From a virus, in the IMG/VR virus record IMGVR_UViG_3300044712_001034, positions 1-64,000 of that record: a DNA stretch of 64,000 bases; one strand, written 5' to 3'. The stretch's first letter is position 1. Each line of letters opens with the position of its first letter. The notes under the pieces were generated by a model. The model searched no databases and was not told the origin of the DNA. It saw only the letters and a list, made by a program, of their open reading frames with translations. The translations under genes and the position numbers were made by a program. This document shows positions 1 to 8,968 of the stretch, piece by piece.

Positions 1-16
1 CTCCCATTTTAGGTTA

Positions 17-574
17 TTACTCTAAGGAGAGTAGATCAATACTCTCCTCTTTTTCAACGGTATTGTTAGACCTATCTCCATTATTGGATTTTCGGCCACG
101 TTCTGGTTTAAGAACCCATGACAATGGGGATCCCTCAAAACTTGCAAGCATAGAAATAAAGTCAAACTGCACTACCTTTATTGAAATGTCTTTAATCGAG
201 TCTTGTTTAATTTCTCGTTTTCCCGGTTTTCCGGGAACCTCAGAAAACAGCTCGATATAATCACTAACGGTAATTTTAACCCCGCTGTCCTGTTCGGCGG
301 TCGAAAGATCCGAGTCAAGGAACACTTTCAATGCTTTTATTCCAGTTTCTTTATGAAAGAAACCCTCTACACCGGTATTGAAAGAGTTTCCTATTTCAAG
401 GAAACTTACCAGATTATTAATTCTTACCTTTTGAGCAGAGTCATCCCGCAGCCCGGCAGCCAATTGCGAAAGACGAAAGGTAGAATATGACTTGTCTTTT
501 CCGTCGATAACTACGGTCAAGGTCACTAAAGTTTTAGAAATTTCTTTTGGGGTAACTGCAATCTGTTCGGTCAT
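17..574 (-). CDS. hypothetical protein (185 aa)
   Basis: ORF with GGAG RBS upstream (TGGAGAAATTCAGAAATG); no recognisable motif. Confidence 0.75.
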   Translation of the reverse strand: MTEQIAVTPKEISKTLVTLTVVIDGKDKSYSTFRLSQLAAGLRDDSAQKVRINNLVSFLEIGNSFNTGVEGFFHKETGIKALKVFLDSDLSTAEQDSGVKITVSDYIELFSEVPGKPGKREIKQDSIKDISIKVVQFDFISMLASFEGSPLSWVLKPERGRKSNNGDRSNNTVEKEESIDLLSLE

Positions 575-809
575 TTCTGAATTTCTCCATTAGATAAAAT
601 GCTTGAATTTTAGGGATATTTCAATCCCTCATTATCTTACCAAAAACTATGTAGTTTATATCGTGTTGTCGACTTTTGCAGGTTTGAGGGTTATTTTTTC
701 GGCTAAATTTTCGATGAAATTCTAAGCCGTCAAGATATGAGAATAATCTTGAAACTTTTCCTGACTGAGAAGATATAAACGTTGTAAGGAACCACATATA
801 GAATAGCAC

Positions 810-1270
810 GTTTTAATTACTTTTGTTACTACTAATTACGGTACGTTTGTTACTAATTACATTATATTCTTTTTTACTGTATTTTTATTCTTTTTTTTTG
901 GAGAAATTTTTTCTTTCACTAGAGCAAACGGTAAACTCGGATACCAGGCAGTATTCGTGCTGTTGGTGCTACCTGCAGCCTGATACCGAAACCTAATCTA
1001 ACGCTGTGCAGTAGTATTTAAATGAAGATTAGAACGTTTAAAGAGGAACGTTAGAACGTAAGATTAAAATAAGTTAAACTAGTCTTTAAAATTGGTATGC
1101 TGTATAGGCAGTACAATGAGCACAAGTGCTCATTACATGGTATTCTGTATACACCGGGAGCGCTCCACCCGGTGACATGTACGTGATTCTAAGTGATAAA
1201 ACGCTTAGAACGTGATAAAAATTTTTTTACAGAAAAGAATTTTATTTCTTTTCTGTAAAGATAATTTTAA
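810..1270. other. long intergenic region between divergent genes, containing several hairpins and short direct repeats
   Basis: Inverted repeats at 937-989, 1116-1135, 1152-1174, 1187-1210 and 1226-1259; repeated TTAGAACGT and TTTGTTACTA/CTAATTAC. Confidence 0.6.
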
Positions 1271-1290
1271 GTAAATGAAAGGATTATATT

Positions 1291-1803
1291 GTGGATAATA
1301 ATACTTTTTCTGCAAAGTTTAAAAAGAAATTTGAAAGGTTTCTAAGTACCCTAAATTTAAATATCCTTTCAGAAATAAAAGGATATGGATGCAGTATAGA
1401 AATATTTCCTGATTTTAATCAGGTAATTATTAAACGTAAGGGGCAAAATTTATTTACCCAAAAAATTCTAGTTGAAAAAGAAAAACATATCGAACACTAT
1501 AATATTAATTCCAATTGGAATTTTAGGGAAGAAAATTTTCTTCCCTCGCGCGAGGATATTTCTTTAAGGGACTGTGAAAGTAGATTTTTCAGCGTAGTTG
1601 AATTATTAACTTTCCCACAGGAAAATGAAAATAACTGGGTTGTAATTACAATTCAGATTCATAATTCAAAAAGAATATTTACTTGTATAAAGAAAATTAT
1701 TAATGATAAAGAATTTTATGTTGCGTACAGAAATGATTTAGTGCCGATTTTGCTTTTAGATGAAAATTATATGATTGTAGAAAAATATCTACAATCGTAC
1801 TAA
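1291..1803 (+). CDS. hypothetical early protein
   Basis: 170-aa ORF, GTG start, AAAGGA RBS. Confidence 0.7.
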   Translation: MDNNTFSAKFKKKFERFLSTLNLNILSEIKGYGCSIEIFPDFNQVIIKRKGQNLFTQKILVEKEKHIEHYNINSNWNFREENFLPSREDISLRDCESRFFSVVELLTFPQENENNWVVITIQIHNSKRIFTCIKKIINDKEFYVAYRNDLVPILLLDENYMIVEKYLQSY

Positions 1804-1810
1804 ATAGAGA

Positions 1811-1853
1811 AAATAAAAAATCCCCCGATTATTTCGGGGGATTTTTTATTTAA
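1811..1853 (+). promoter_or_regulatory. hairpin + T-run + ATTTAA element, copy 1
   Basis: AAATAAAAAATCCCCCGA-TTATT-TCGGGGGATTTTTTATTTAA. Confidence 0.85.
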
Positions 1854-1880
1854 CACTACAAATTAAAAAGGAGAAAAAAA

Positions 1881-2045
1881 ATGGAATTCGAAAATATTTT
1901 TGAATTTGAAGAGTATTGTGCGTTCTGGGGATGTTTACCAAGACAGAAAACAATAAATAACGGAACAATTTTTTCCCAGAAAAATATGGAAGTTCTAGGA
2001 ACCTGGGAAAAGAAAGGAGATAAATATTATATCTATAGGCTGTAA
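1881..2045 (+). CDS. small hypothetical protein (MEFENIFEFEEY..., not in ORF track)
   Basis: AAGGAG RBS followed by ATG, downstream of hairpin element 1. Confidence 0.7.
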   Translation: MEFENIFEFEEYCAFWGCLPRQKTINNGTIFSQKNMEVLGTWEKKGDKYYIYRL

Positions 2046-2066
2046 TGGGCTAGAATAATTGCCCAA

Positions 2067-2107
2067 AAAAAATCCCAGGATTTATTTTCCTGGGATTTTT
2101 TATTTAA
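2067..2107 (+). promoter_or_regulatory. hairpin + T-run + ATTTAA element, copy 2
   Basis: AAAAAATCCCAGGA-TTTATTT-TCCTGGGATTTTTTATTTAA. Confidence 0.85.
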
Positions 2108-2132
2108 CAACCGATTAGAAAAGGAACATAAA

Positions 2133-2618
2133 ATGCTAAAAACATTTGAAATTGATATTGAAAAGACGGATTTATCCGCTGCAAATTATGCCCGTGAGAA
2201 TTCTTTATCTTTCATTTTTTTTCTAAAAGATGGGAGAAAATTACTGGACACGCATGGTCTGTTAGAATCTGGAATTCTAACAGACCATGAAATTATTATG
2301 CGAGAAAAACCAGATATTATTTGCTGCTGTTATCCAAAAGCTTGTTATCAGCGTTATTTTCAAAATAACGCTGTAGAATCTGTAAATCTTCTGGATGAAG
2401 AGGAAACAAAAGAAAACGATTACAGTCCAGAAATTGTTTTCGCAGATTGTTATAATAATACTGTTTGGGTTTCTATTTGTAGATGGACAAATGAAATTGA
2501 TTTATATGGATGGAAAAATGGTAGACAGTATAAAAGAGCTATTTATGTAGCTTCTTTTACTAAGAAAGAGCAGGATGAATTTTATGGAGAGAAAACTAAA
2601 AAACTCAAAAGAATATAA
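2133..2618 (+). CDS. hypothetical protein with CCCYP motif
   Basis: 161-aa ORF with AAGGA RBS. Confidence 0.75.
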   Translation: MLKTFEIDIEKTDLSAANYARENSLSFIFFLKDGRKLLDTHGLLESGILTDHEIIMREKPDIICCCYPKACYQRYFQNNAVESVNLLDEEETKENDYSPEIVFADCYNNTVWVSICRWTNEIDLYGWKNGRQYKRAIYVASFTKKEQDEFYGEKTKKLKRI

Positions 2619-2625
2619 TCTTACT

Positions 2626-2660
2626 AAAGCCCTAGAATATTCTAGGGCTTTTTTATTTAA
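2626..2660 (+). promoter_or_regulatory. hairpin + T-run + ATTTAA element, copy 3
   Basis: AAAGCCCTAGAATATTCTAGGGCTTTTTTATTTAA. Confidence 0.85.
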
Positions 2661-2710
2661 CTAAACAATTCTGTTTAGTTATATTACAATTTCTCAAAGG
2701 AGAATATATA

Positions 2711-3112
2711 ATGAAATCGGGAACTGTTGCTTTCGTGATTTTTTGCATTATTTTAACGCTAGTAGGAATTCTAGCGTTAGTTAGTAATGCAAAAGCAGAA
2801 GAACCGGATAATTTTGGTTATCAGGTTTATTTACCAGTAATTTCTTTTCAACCAGATAACCCTCCGGTTTATCAAGAAGTTAAATTGGGTTATGATATTT
2901 CTTTTATCGGGTGGTTGGGATTTGGTTCTAGATATGCTTATTTCTTTGAACCAATTTCCCCAGATTTTATGGTTATTTCTGGGGAAAAGTTTCACAAAGT
3001 GGAACTTAAAACTTCCTCAATTGAAGAAGATAGAAAGAAAGGAAATTATAGTTTTCTTCTAGTAACTAAACATGCTACTTGGGATAAATATTTTGTGTAT
3101 GTGAAAGATTAA
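2711..3112 (+). CDS. secreted/membrane protein with signal peptide and VYLPVI motif
   Basis: Hydrophobic N-terminus ending in AKA, then YQVYLPVISF. Confidence 0.75.
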   Translation: MKSGTVAFVIFCIILTLVGILALVSNAKAEEPDNFGYQVYLPVISFQPDNPPVYQEVKLGYDISFIGWLGFGSRYAYFFEPISPDFMVISGEKFHKVELKTSSIEEDRKKGNYSFLLVTKHATWDKYFVYVKD

Positions 3113-3117
3113 TAAAT

Positions 3118-3156
3118 AAACTCCCTAGATTAATTTCTAGGGAGTTTTTTATTTAA
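3118..3156 (+). promoter_or_regulatory. hairpin + T-run + ATTTAA element, copy 4
   Basis: AAACTCCCTAGA-TTAATT-TCTAGGGAGTTTTTTATTTAA. Confidence 0.85.
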
Positions 3157-3182
3157 GGACATAATTCAAAAAGGAGATAGAA

Positions 3183-3347
3183 ATGGAATCTGTATATATT
3201 GAAAAAGAAAATGGTAAGTATGTTGTAAGAGATGATAAAAATAATATCATCTACGTGCAGAATCAATTAACCTTTGAAGAGATTGTAATTAACTTCAAAG
3301 ATCTTAATTTCTTAGTGATTGATGGAAAAACTGGTGAGGTTCTTTAG
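3183..3347 (+). CDS. small hypothetical protein (MESVYIEKENGK..., not in ORF track)
   Basis: AAGGAG RBS; lies between elements 4 and 5. Confidence 0.7.
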   Translation: MESVYIEKENGKYVVRDDKNNIIYVQNQLTFEEIVINFKDLNFLVIDGKTGEVL

Positions 3348-3353
3348 TTTTAT

Positions 3354-3390
3354 AAAATGCCCCGATTAATTTCGGGGCATTTTTATTTAA
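3354..3390 (+). promoter_or_regulatory. hairpin + T-run + ATTTAA element, copy 5
   Basis: AAAATGCCCCGA-TTAATT-TCGGGGCATTTTTATTTAA. Confidence 0.85.
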
Positions 3391-3434
3391 GGAAACAATT
3401 CTGTTTTCTTATAATTCAATAAGGAGAATTTGAA

Positions 3435-3743
3435 ATGGAAAAGAAAATGATGGTTATTCGCAATATGAATGAATTAGCTAGGTTTGTTTCTCAGGGGAAA
3501 ATTTTCCCCGTTATTTCCTCTGTAGATACTGTCGCTATTTATTTTGTAAAACCGGATAATTCGATTAAAGAAGTTAGGACGATTGAGAATAATGATATTC
3601 CAGGAGAATATCTTATTCATCACGCCCATGATAAATCAGAATTATTGGAAAATATTGAAGAATTTAATCGCGGGAAAGAGAAAGCCGCGATTGTAATTGA
3701 AGAAAGTATGAATATTTCTTTACCTCTAAAGATTTGGCTTTAG
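3435..3743 (+). CDS. hypothetical protein
   Basis: 102-aa ORF, TAAGGAG RBS. Confidence 0.75.
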   Translation: MEKKMMVIRNMNELARFVSQGKIFPVISSVDTVAIYFVKPDNSIKEVRTIENNDIPGEYLIHHAHDKSELLENIEEFNRGKEKAAIVIEESMNISLPLKIWL

Positions 3744-3787
3744 AGGCCTTCCTTATTAGAAAAGGAATATAATATGTAAATAAATAT

Positions 3788-3834
3788 AATCCCCGGAAAT
3801 GGTAAAATAAACCTTCCGGGGATTTTTTATTTAA
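3788..3834 (+). promoter_or_regulatory. hairpin + T-run + ATTTAA element, copy 6 (large loop)
   Basis: AATCCCCGGAA...TTCCGGGGATTTTTTATTTAA, overlapping the next RBS (TAAGGAG). Confidence 0.8.
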
Positions 3835-3848
3835 GGAGATAATTCAAA

Positions 3849-4769
3849 ATGGATGAAATAGAGTTATGCAAGTTACCTTGTGAAATTCAAAATAAGATCT
3901 TTGAAAGCGTAAGTTATGAGTTTTGGGATTTGATTTATTACAATCCTGAAACAAAAGAAATCCGCTATTTTGATTATGATAGCGGAGTTAAACTTCCTAA
4001 TCCTTGGCTAAAAGTTATAGAGAAATGAAACCAGGAATAGATAAAGGAGCTTCTAATTGTTTTATAGGAATATTATTTATTATATTCCTAGTATTGTTAA
4101 CAATCACCCTAGTGAAATTCTTTGGAGGAATATGAAATATACCAGGCCGTTAATTTCTTATCGCTTGTATATTCTGTTTTTGTTTCTTTTCACGCTAGTA
4201 TTACTAGCATCTGCATTTGGATTAGGAGATTAAAATGAAATATAATTATATTTCTCTTGTAGAAAAAAGGATTTTTTCCGGGCCAATTGTGGAATTCCCA
4301 CAAAAAGAAATTCCAGCAATTCCTGTAAAACCATTATTTCCGGAAGATTATCCGGAAATAAATACATTTCCTACTACAATGAAAGAGGATGAATATGGCA
4401 GAGTATCTTATTACAACTAAAAATGGAAAACATATTATAGTGGAAGAAGAAAAAAGGATTCAAATTCCACTAGAAACTCAGCGAGAAATCAAATTGAAAA
4501 TTCATCCAGAAGATTATCTTTTGGATAGAATTTTTGATACTATGCAGAGGGTTAATTAAATGGAACCAGGGTATATAGAACCTTCAACCTGGTTTGCAGA
4601 AATTAATTGTTTCAACTATTCTAACTCTAAATTTAGTATAGGAGAAACAGTTATTTATAACGGAAAAACATTTGAGATAACAGGAGTAAATAAAACCTCT
4701 TCTGGATTTATTTATTCTCTCGCTGAAAGTGAAAATACTTTCCGAGAAGAAGAATTATCTCATTTGTAA
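3849..4769 (+). CDS. run of small hypothetical ORFs (3849-4028, 4235-4420, 4560-4769 and shorter ones)
   Basis: Short, tightly coupled ORFs with GGAG/GAGG RBSs. Confidence 0.55.
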
Positions 4770-4778
4770 TGAGCCTAC

Positions 4779-4815
4779 AAAATAACCCAGAAATTTCTGG
4801 GTTATTTTTATTTAA
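4779..4815 (+). promoter_or_regulatory. hairpin + T-run + ATTTAA element, copy 7
   Basis: AAAATAACCCAGAAATTTCTGGGTTATTTTTATTTAA. Confidence 0.85.
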
Positions 4816-4841
4816 CGACAAAATTTAAAATAGGAGGAATT

Positions 4842-5778
4842 ATGAAATTTACCCTAACGTTTAATTATTCCAGGAATGATCCAGAAAAAGTAATAAGAGT
4901 TGAAAAAGCTATTTTGGAAACTCTGCAAAGCGAAAAAGGATTTTATCCTTTTCCAACTTATCATGAAGTAGGATTTACTTATTCTACTATTTTCGAAACC
5001 GAAAAGAATCCTCATTTACTTGTCACAGAAATTTGTGAGAAATTAAAAGAGGAAGCTGATTTATCACAGATTCAATTATTTAGGATTGATAATGCTAGCA
5101 AAAAGGGGTAGAAAAAATATACGTAACGGGGCAAAAAGAAATTCTGTTGCCTTGGTAGAACTAATGTTATTTCTGGAAAGGAATAAAACTTTTCCAGTTT
5201 TAGCGTGCTATCTTCCAAACATGAAACAATCTTTAGGAGTTTATAATAAGGAGAAAAAATACGAAGAAATTCCAATGATTGAATCTTTAGAATTTGAACT
5301 TGGTGGTTTTAGAGGAATTATGGAAAAGATTAAAGAATGGAATCATCCATATTCCGCTATTTCGGAAAAAGTAATTTCACAAGGATTATTTGATTAAGGA
5401 GAATATATGGAAAAAGTTCTAGTTTTTCTTGTTGTTGTTCTTTGGGCGTTATATTTTAATGCCTCAAATCTTAGAACTATGGAAATAAAATACTTTATGA
5501 AGGATATATCCGGGTTTCATTTCTATCTGGATATTTTCTTTACAACTGGTTTTTCTATTTATTTCCTAATCCAAATTTTTGGGTATATATTCTAAAGGAG
5601 AATATTATGATTATAACATGCAATTGCAAACATTCAGCACAAGACGAGTTTCATGGAATTAATAAACGCGTACATAATCCAATAAGCAAAGATAGGAAAA
5701 TTATCGGATATAGGTGCACAGTTTGTGGTAATATTAAATCTGTGAAAGCAGAAGAAATTCAAGAAAAGAAAAAATAAT
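4842..5778 (+). CDS. four small hypothetical ORFs (4842-5111, 5086-5397, 5407-5595 membrane, about 5607-5778 Cys-rich MIITCNC...CTVCG)
   Basis: ORF track plus manual translation; RBSs present. Confidence 0.6.
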
Positions 5779-5782
5779 TAGT

Positions 5783-5819
5783 AAAAGATCCCGATTAATT
5801 TCGGGATCTTTTTATTTAA
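5783..5819 (+). promoter_or_regulatory. hairpin + T-run + ATTTAA element, copy 8
   Basis: AAAAGATCCCGA-TTAATT-TCGGGATCTTTTTATTTAA. Confidence 0.85.
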
Positions 5820-5847
5820 CAACCGAATTAGAAAAAGGAGAAAAGAA

Positions 5848-7361
5848 ATGTATCTAGATGGTCAAATTGTTTTTGATAAAACTAGTAATAGGTTATTGGC
5901 TTATATGGGATTTTATGAAGATAAAGCAAGTAATTTCTTTACTTGCTTTGTTGATAGCAAAGGAAATGTAATTAAAAATTATAATGGTGATATTGTAAAA
6001 GATACTACGCATTTTATTTCTTCTAATCCAGAATTGATTCCTTCTGATATTCAAAAAGAAGTTTACAGAGAAGCAGTAGTAATATCTATGTATCAAATTA
6101 ATACTGATTTAAATAGAGATGAGTTTTTAAAGGAGCTAGAAAAACTTTTTAATAAAGTTAGTGAATTGCTTGAATCTGGGATAATTCAAAAGGGTAAATA
6201 AGAAATGCAACTTACATCTGAAGAAAGATTCAAAATCGCAAAAGATTTTGAAAGGTATAATCTGGATGAAATTCTAGAAAGATCTAATCAAACGATTAGA
6301 TTTACTAGAAATACTTATCAAGAAATTCTCCGTTCTCTTGATTTATGCGGAGTATTTGAATATTCAATAAAACATGATCCTCAAAATAAAGAGGGTTTTG
6401 TTTTATATACTGATCTTTCTTGTTGGGAATTTACTCAACTATATAATATCTATGAAAGAATTATTCTAGAGGAGAATTAAAATGGATGACGAAACAAGAG
6501 GTTGTATTGCAGAAATTGCATGTATTATTCTTTTAAGTACTGTTGTTTTATGTTTTGGATTAGTAATGCTTCTTACTACTAATCCAAATTTATGGTGAAA
6601 AAATGATTCCAAAAAACAGCGAATGGGTTTATACTTTGGTAATTGTATTTCTTGTAATCCTGCTTTTAGTTATTCAAGGAGTTTAAAATGCAAGCCAGTA
6701 TTATTAAAAGCGAAGTGAAAAGAGTTTTAGGATTAATCCTAGAACAGAAAGAAAGTGTAACCAAGAAGGAGGAATTACTTCCTATATTAAAACAATACAT
6801 TCCTCTTATTTTTTCTTCTGAGGATATTGAATCTTCCAGGGGTTTATTAACAATCCTTGGTGGAAATAATAATCTCCCCTTTGATGTAATTCAAGAAGCT
6901 TTGGAACAATTTGAAAAGGAGAATAAACAATGATTGCAGTATTAACATTCCCAGTCAAGATAATTTTGTTTCCTTTTAAATTCCCGAAAGTATTTCTTTT
7001 CCTACTTGCGGTAGGATTAATGCTTTTAATTGGCATTAATATATCACATGGTTTTACAAAACATTGGGATACTTATGACTCTGCTAAAAATTGTTTTAAT
7101 AATAATGGAGCGCAATTAATAATTCGCTCTGAAGAATGGCCTGAAAAGGCCAAACTATATTGTCTAATTCCTGGTGAGGGAATTGCAATTCAAGTAGTAA
7201 AATTAATAAATGGTAAATGGGAAGAAATTACTTCTTATGTTACCAAAATAGAGAACGCCAATGAGATTAATCTCATTGAATTTGTAGAAAGTGATATGGG
7301 GAAATATGGTTATTATAATTATGTTTCTCCTGCTTTGCAAGAATTGATTATTGTTCCATGA
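5848..7361 (+). CDS. hypothetical ORFs 5848-6201, 6205-6480, 6688-6933, 6930-7361 (membrane-anchored) and tiny hydrophobic ORFs
   Basis: ORF track, coupled starts/stops, RBSs. Confidence 0.6.
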
Positions 7362-7376
7362 AGTTATTTGTAACGT

Positions 7377-7413
7377 AAATGCCTAGGATTAATCCTAGGC
7401 ATTTTTTATTTAA
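7377..7413 (+). promoter_or_regulatory. hairpin + T-run + ATTTAA element, copy 9
   Basis: AAATGCCTAGGATTAATCCTAGGCATTTTTTATTTAA. Confidence 0.85.
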
Positions 7414-7448
7414 AGACGTTCATTCTAATACCTAAAGGAAAGGAAAAT

Positions 7449-7817
7449 ATGATTAAGTTATTTGAAACTATTGCTGAAGTAAAGGAACATATCTCTACGA
7501 TGGAAAAAGTAGAAAAAATTGTTGGATATGTTGGAGATACAAGAAAGTATTATGATTTTTCTGGTTTATTTATTCGAGAAGATAATTATTATATTCCGGT
7601 AAGTTATTGTTTTTATGATGATACTGGGGAAGAAATTCCTGGAAGTTATAAAAATAATGCCGTAGCTATTTTTCCTGAAGTATCCTTTAATGAAGAAACA
7701 AACTTTTGGGAAATTAGCTTTGATTCAGCAGATTTTGGTGAATATGATGTATCCAGATTTACTTATTATTTTAAATCTAAAGAAGAATTAATCAAAGCTT
7801 TGGGATTGGAGAATTAA
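7449..7817 (+). CDS. hypothetical protein
   Basis: 122-aa ORF with AAGGA RBS. Confidence 0.7.
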   Translation: MIKLFETIAEVKEHISTMEKVEKIVGYVGDTRKYYDFSGLFIREDNYYIPVSYCFYDDTGEEIPGSYKNNAVAIFPEVSFNEETNFWEISFDSADFGEYDVSRFTYYFKSKEELIKALGLEN

Positions 7818-7918
7818 AATGGAAATATATTATAGAAGAAGGAGGATAAAATGTAACATATTTTACTCAGATTTTTTCATCCAGATTTATTCTAATTCTA
7901 ATTAATAAGGAGACGTAA

Positions 7919-8305
7919 ATGAAAAAGATCTTTTTGATTATGCTTTTGGTAATTGTTTTTCTTTCCGGTTGTTCTGATGCTGATATTGCATCAAAAAATT
8001 TATCTACTGATGCAGATAATTTTAAAATAGATAGGAGGATTGTTTTTTATAATGGTATTACCGGAGATTATATTTTAGTAATTGAAGGTAAATGTTCTTT
8101 GGGAAATAATGATGCTACGGGAGAATTAACTGTAACTTGTAAAACTTCTGATAATACCTATAAAAAACATTTTCTAGGCTTATCAGATAACGTAACTTAT
8201 TTTGCAGAACAAACTGATGGCGTTCCTGTAAACGTTTATAATTATAAAGTTATTTTCAAACCGGAAACAATTCTTCCGGATATTGATTTGAAAATTAGCA
8301 AGTAA
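7919..8305 (+). CDS. phage lipoprotein
   Basis: Lipobox LSG-C after a hydrophobic signal; ADNF..RRIVFYNGITG resembles a common phage lipoprotein family. Confidence 0.8.
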   Translation: MKKIFLIMLLVIVFLSGCSDADIASKNLSTDADNFKIDRRIVFYNGITGDYILVIEGKCSLGNNDATGELTVTCKTSDNTYKKHFLGLSDNVTYFAEQTDGVPVNVYNYKVIFKPETILPDIDLKISK

Positions 8306-8311
8306 TTTACT

Positions 8312-8346
8312 AAAGATCCGGATTTAATCCGGATCTTTTTATTTAA
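8312..8346 (+). promoter_or_regulatory. hairpin + T-run + ATTTAA element, copy 10
   Basis: AAAGATCCGGATTTAATCCGGATCTTTTTATTTAA, directly followed by AGGAG RBS. Confidence 0.85.
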
Positions 8347-8496
8347 AGGAGAAATTAAATATGAACGAAAAAAATAGGGATGGGATTGGTTTGTGCGGAT
8401 TTATAATTTTAGTTTGGATTGGAGTTGCTGTTCTTTTTTATATATTTTTAGGAGGTTTTTGGAATACAGTTTGGTCATTATTCTTTTAGTAAAAAG

Positions 8497-8518
8497 TAAT
8501 TACTTGCGGTGGAAATAA
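8497..8518 (+). promoter_or_regulatory. TAATnnCTTGnnGTGGA motif, copy 1 (also at about 15437, 19236 and 21197)
   Basis: TAATTACTTGCGGTGGAAATAA; four intergenic copies, each upstream of a start codon. Confidence 0.6.
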
Positions 8519-8543
8519 CTTCTAAAATCCAAGGAGAAATAGA

Positions 8544-8966
8544 ATGATCGAAAATTATGAATTATCTTCTTATTCAGCAGAGTCAATTAAACCATATTTC
8601 ACTAGTATTACTAATGAAAATGTTAATCTTATAAGACATAATTCCACATTAGCTAATGGAATTCAAATTACTAATTCTGACATATTCTCTATTATTATTA
8701 ATCAATTTCCGAGTAATTGTGGAATTGTAGTATTTTCTGATTTATCTATTAGATTTGGTAAAGATAAAAATACTTTATTTGAATGTTTAGAAAAATTAGT
8801 TTATGATATGGGATTTACTGTAGTTATGTATACTACTTTAAATCAATCACGTTATGAAAGTTTACATGAAACTTTAAAATCTAGGGGTTATAAAACTTTA
8901 GAAGAATTTGATAATCATCGGACAGATAATCATAATTTTATTTGGTTTAAAAGTCTTAGGAGTTAA
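8544..8966 (+). CDS. putative GNAT-like acyltransferase
   Basis: C-terminal MGFTVVMYT...LKSRGYK..F.N.RT.N...W.K.L pattern resembles GNAT motif B; first gene of the amidoligase cluster. Confidence 0.45.
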   Translation: MIENYELSSYSAESIKPYFTSITNENVNLIRHNSTLANGIQITNSDIFSIIINQFPSNCGIVVFSDLSIRFGKDKNTLFECLEKLVYDMGFTVVMYTTLNQSRYESLHETLKSRGYKTLEEFDNHRTDNHNFIWFKSLRS

Positions 8967-8968
8967 TT

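Noticed and set aside
7841-7856. RBS-ATG-TAA minigene (a similar one at about 3774)
   Set aside because: Only two cases, one inside another short ORF; compatible with chance or gene decay in AT-rich DNA
1811-8346. Hairpin elements as a CRISPR array, integron attC sites or dif sites
   Set aside because: Spacing is gene-sized and irregular, stems are not identical, there are no RYYYAAC/GTTRRRY boxes or integrase in the window, and TTATTTAA only loosely resembles the XerD arm
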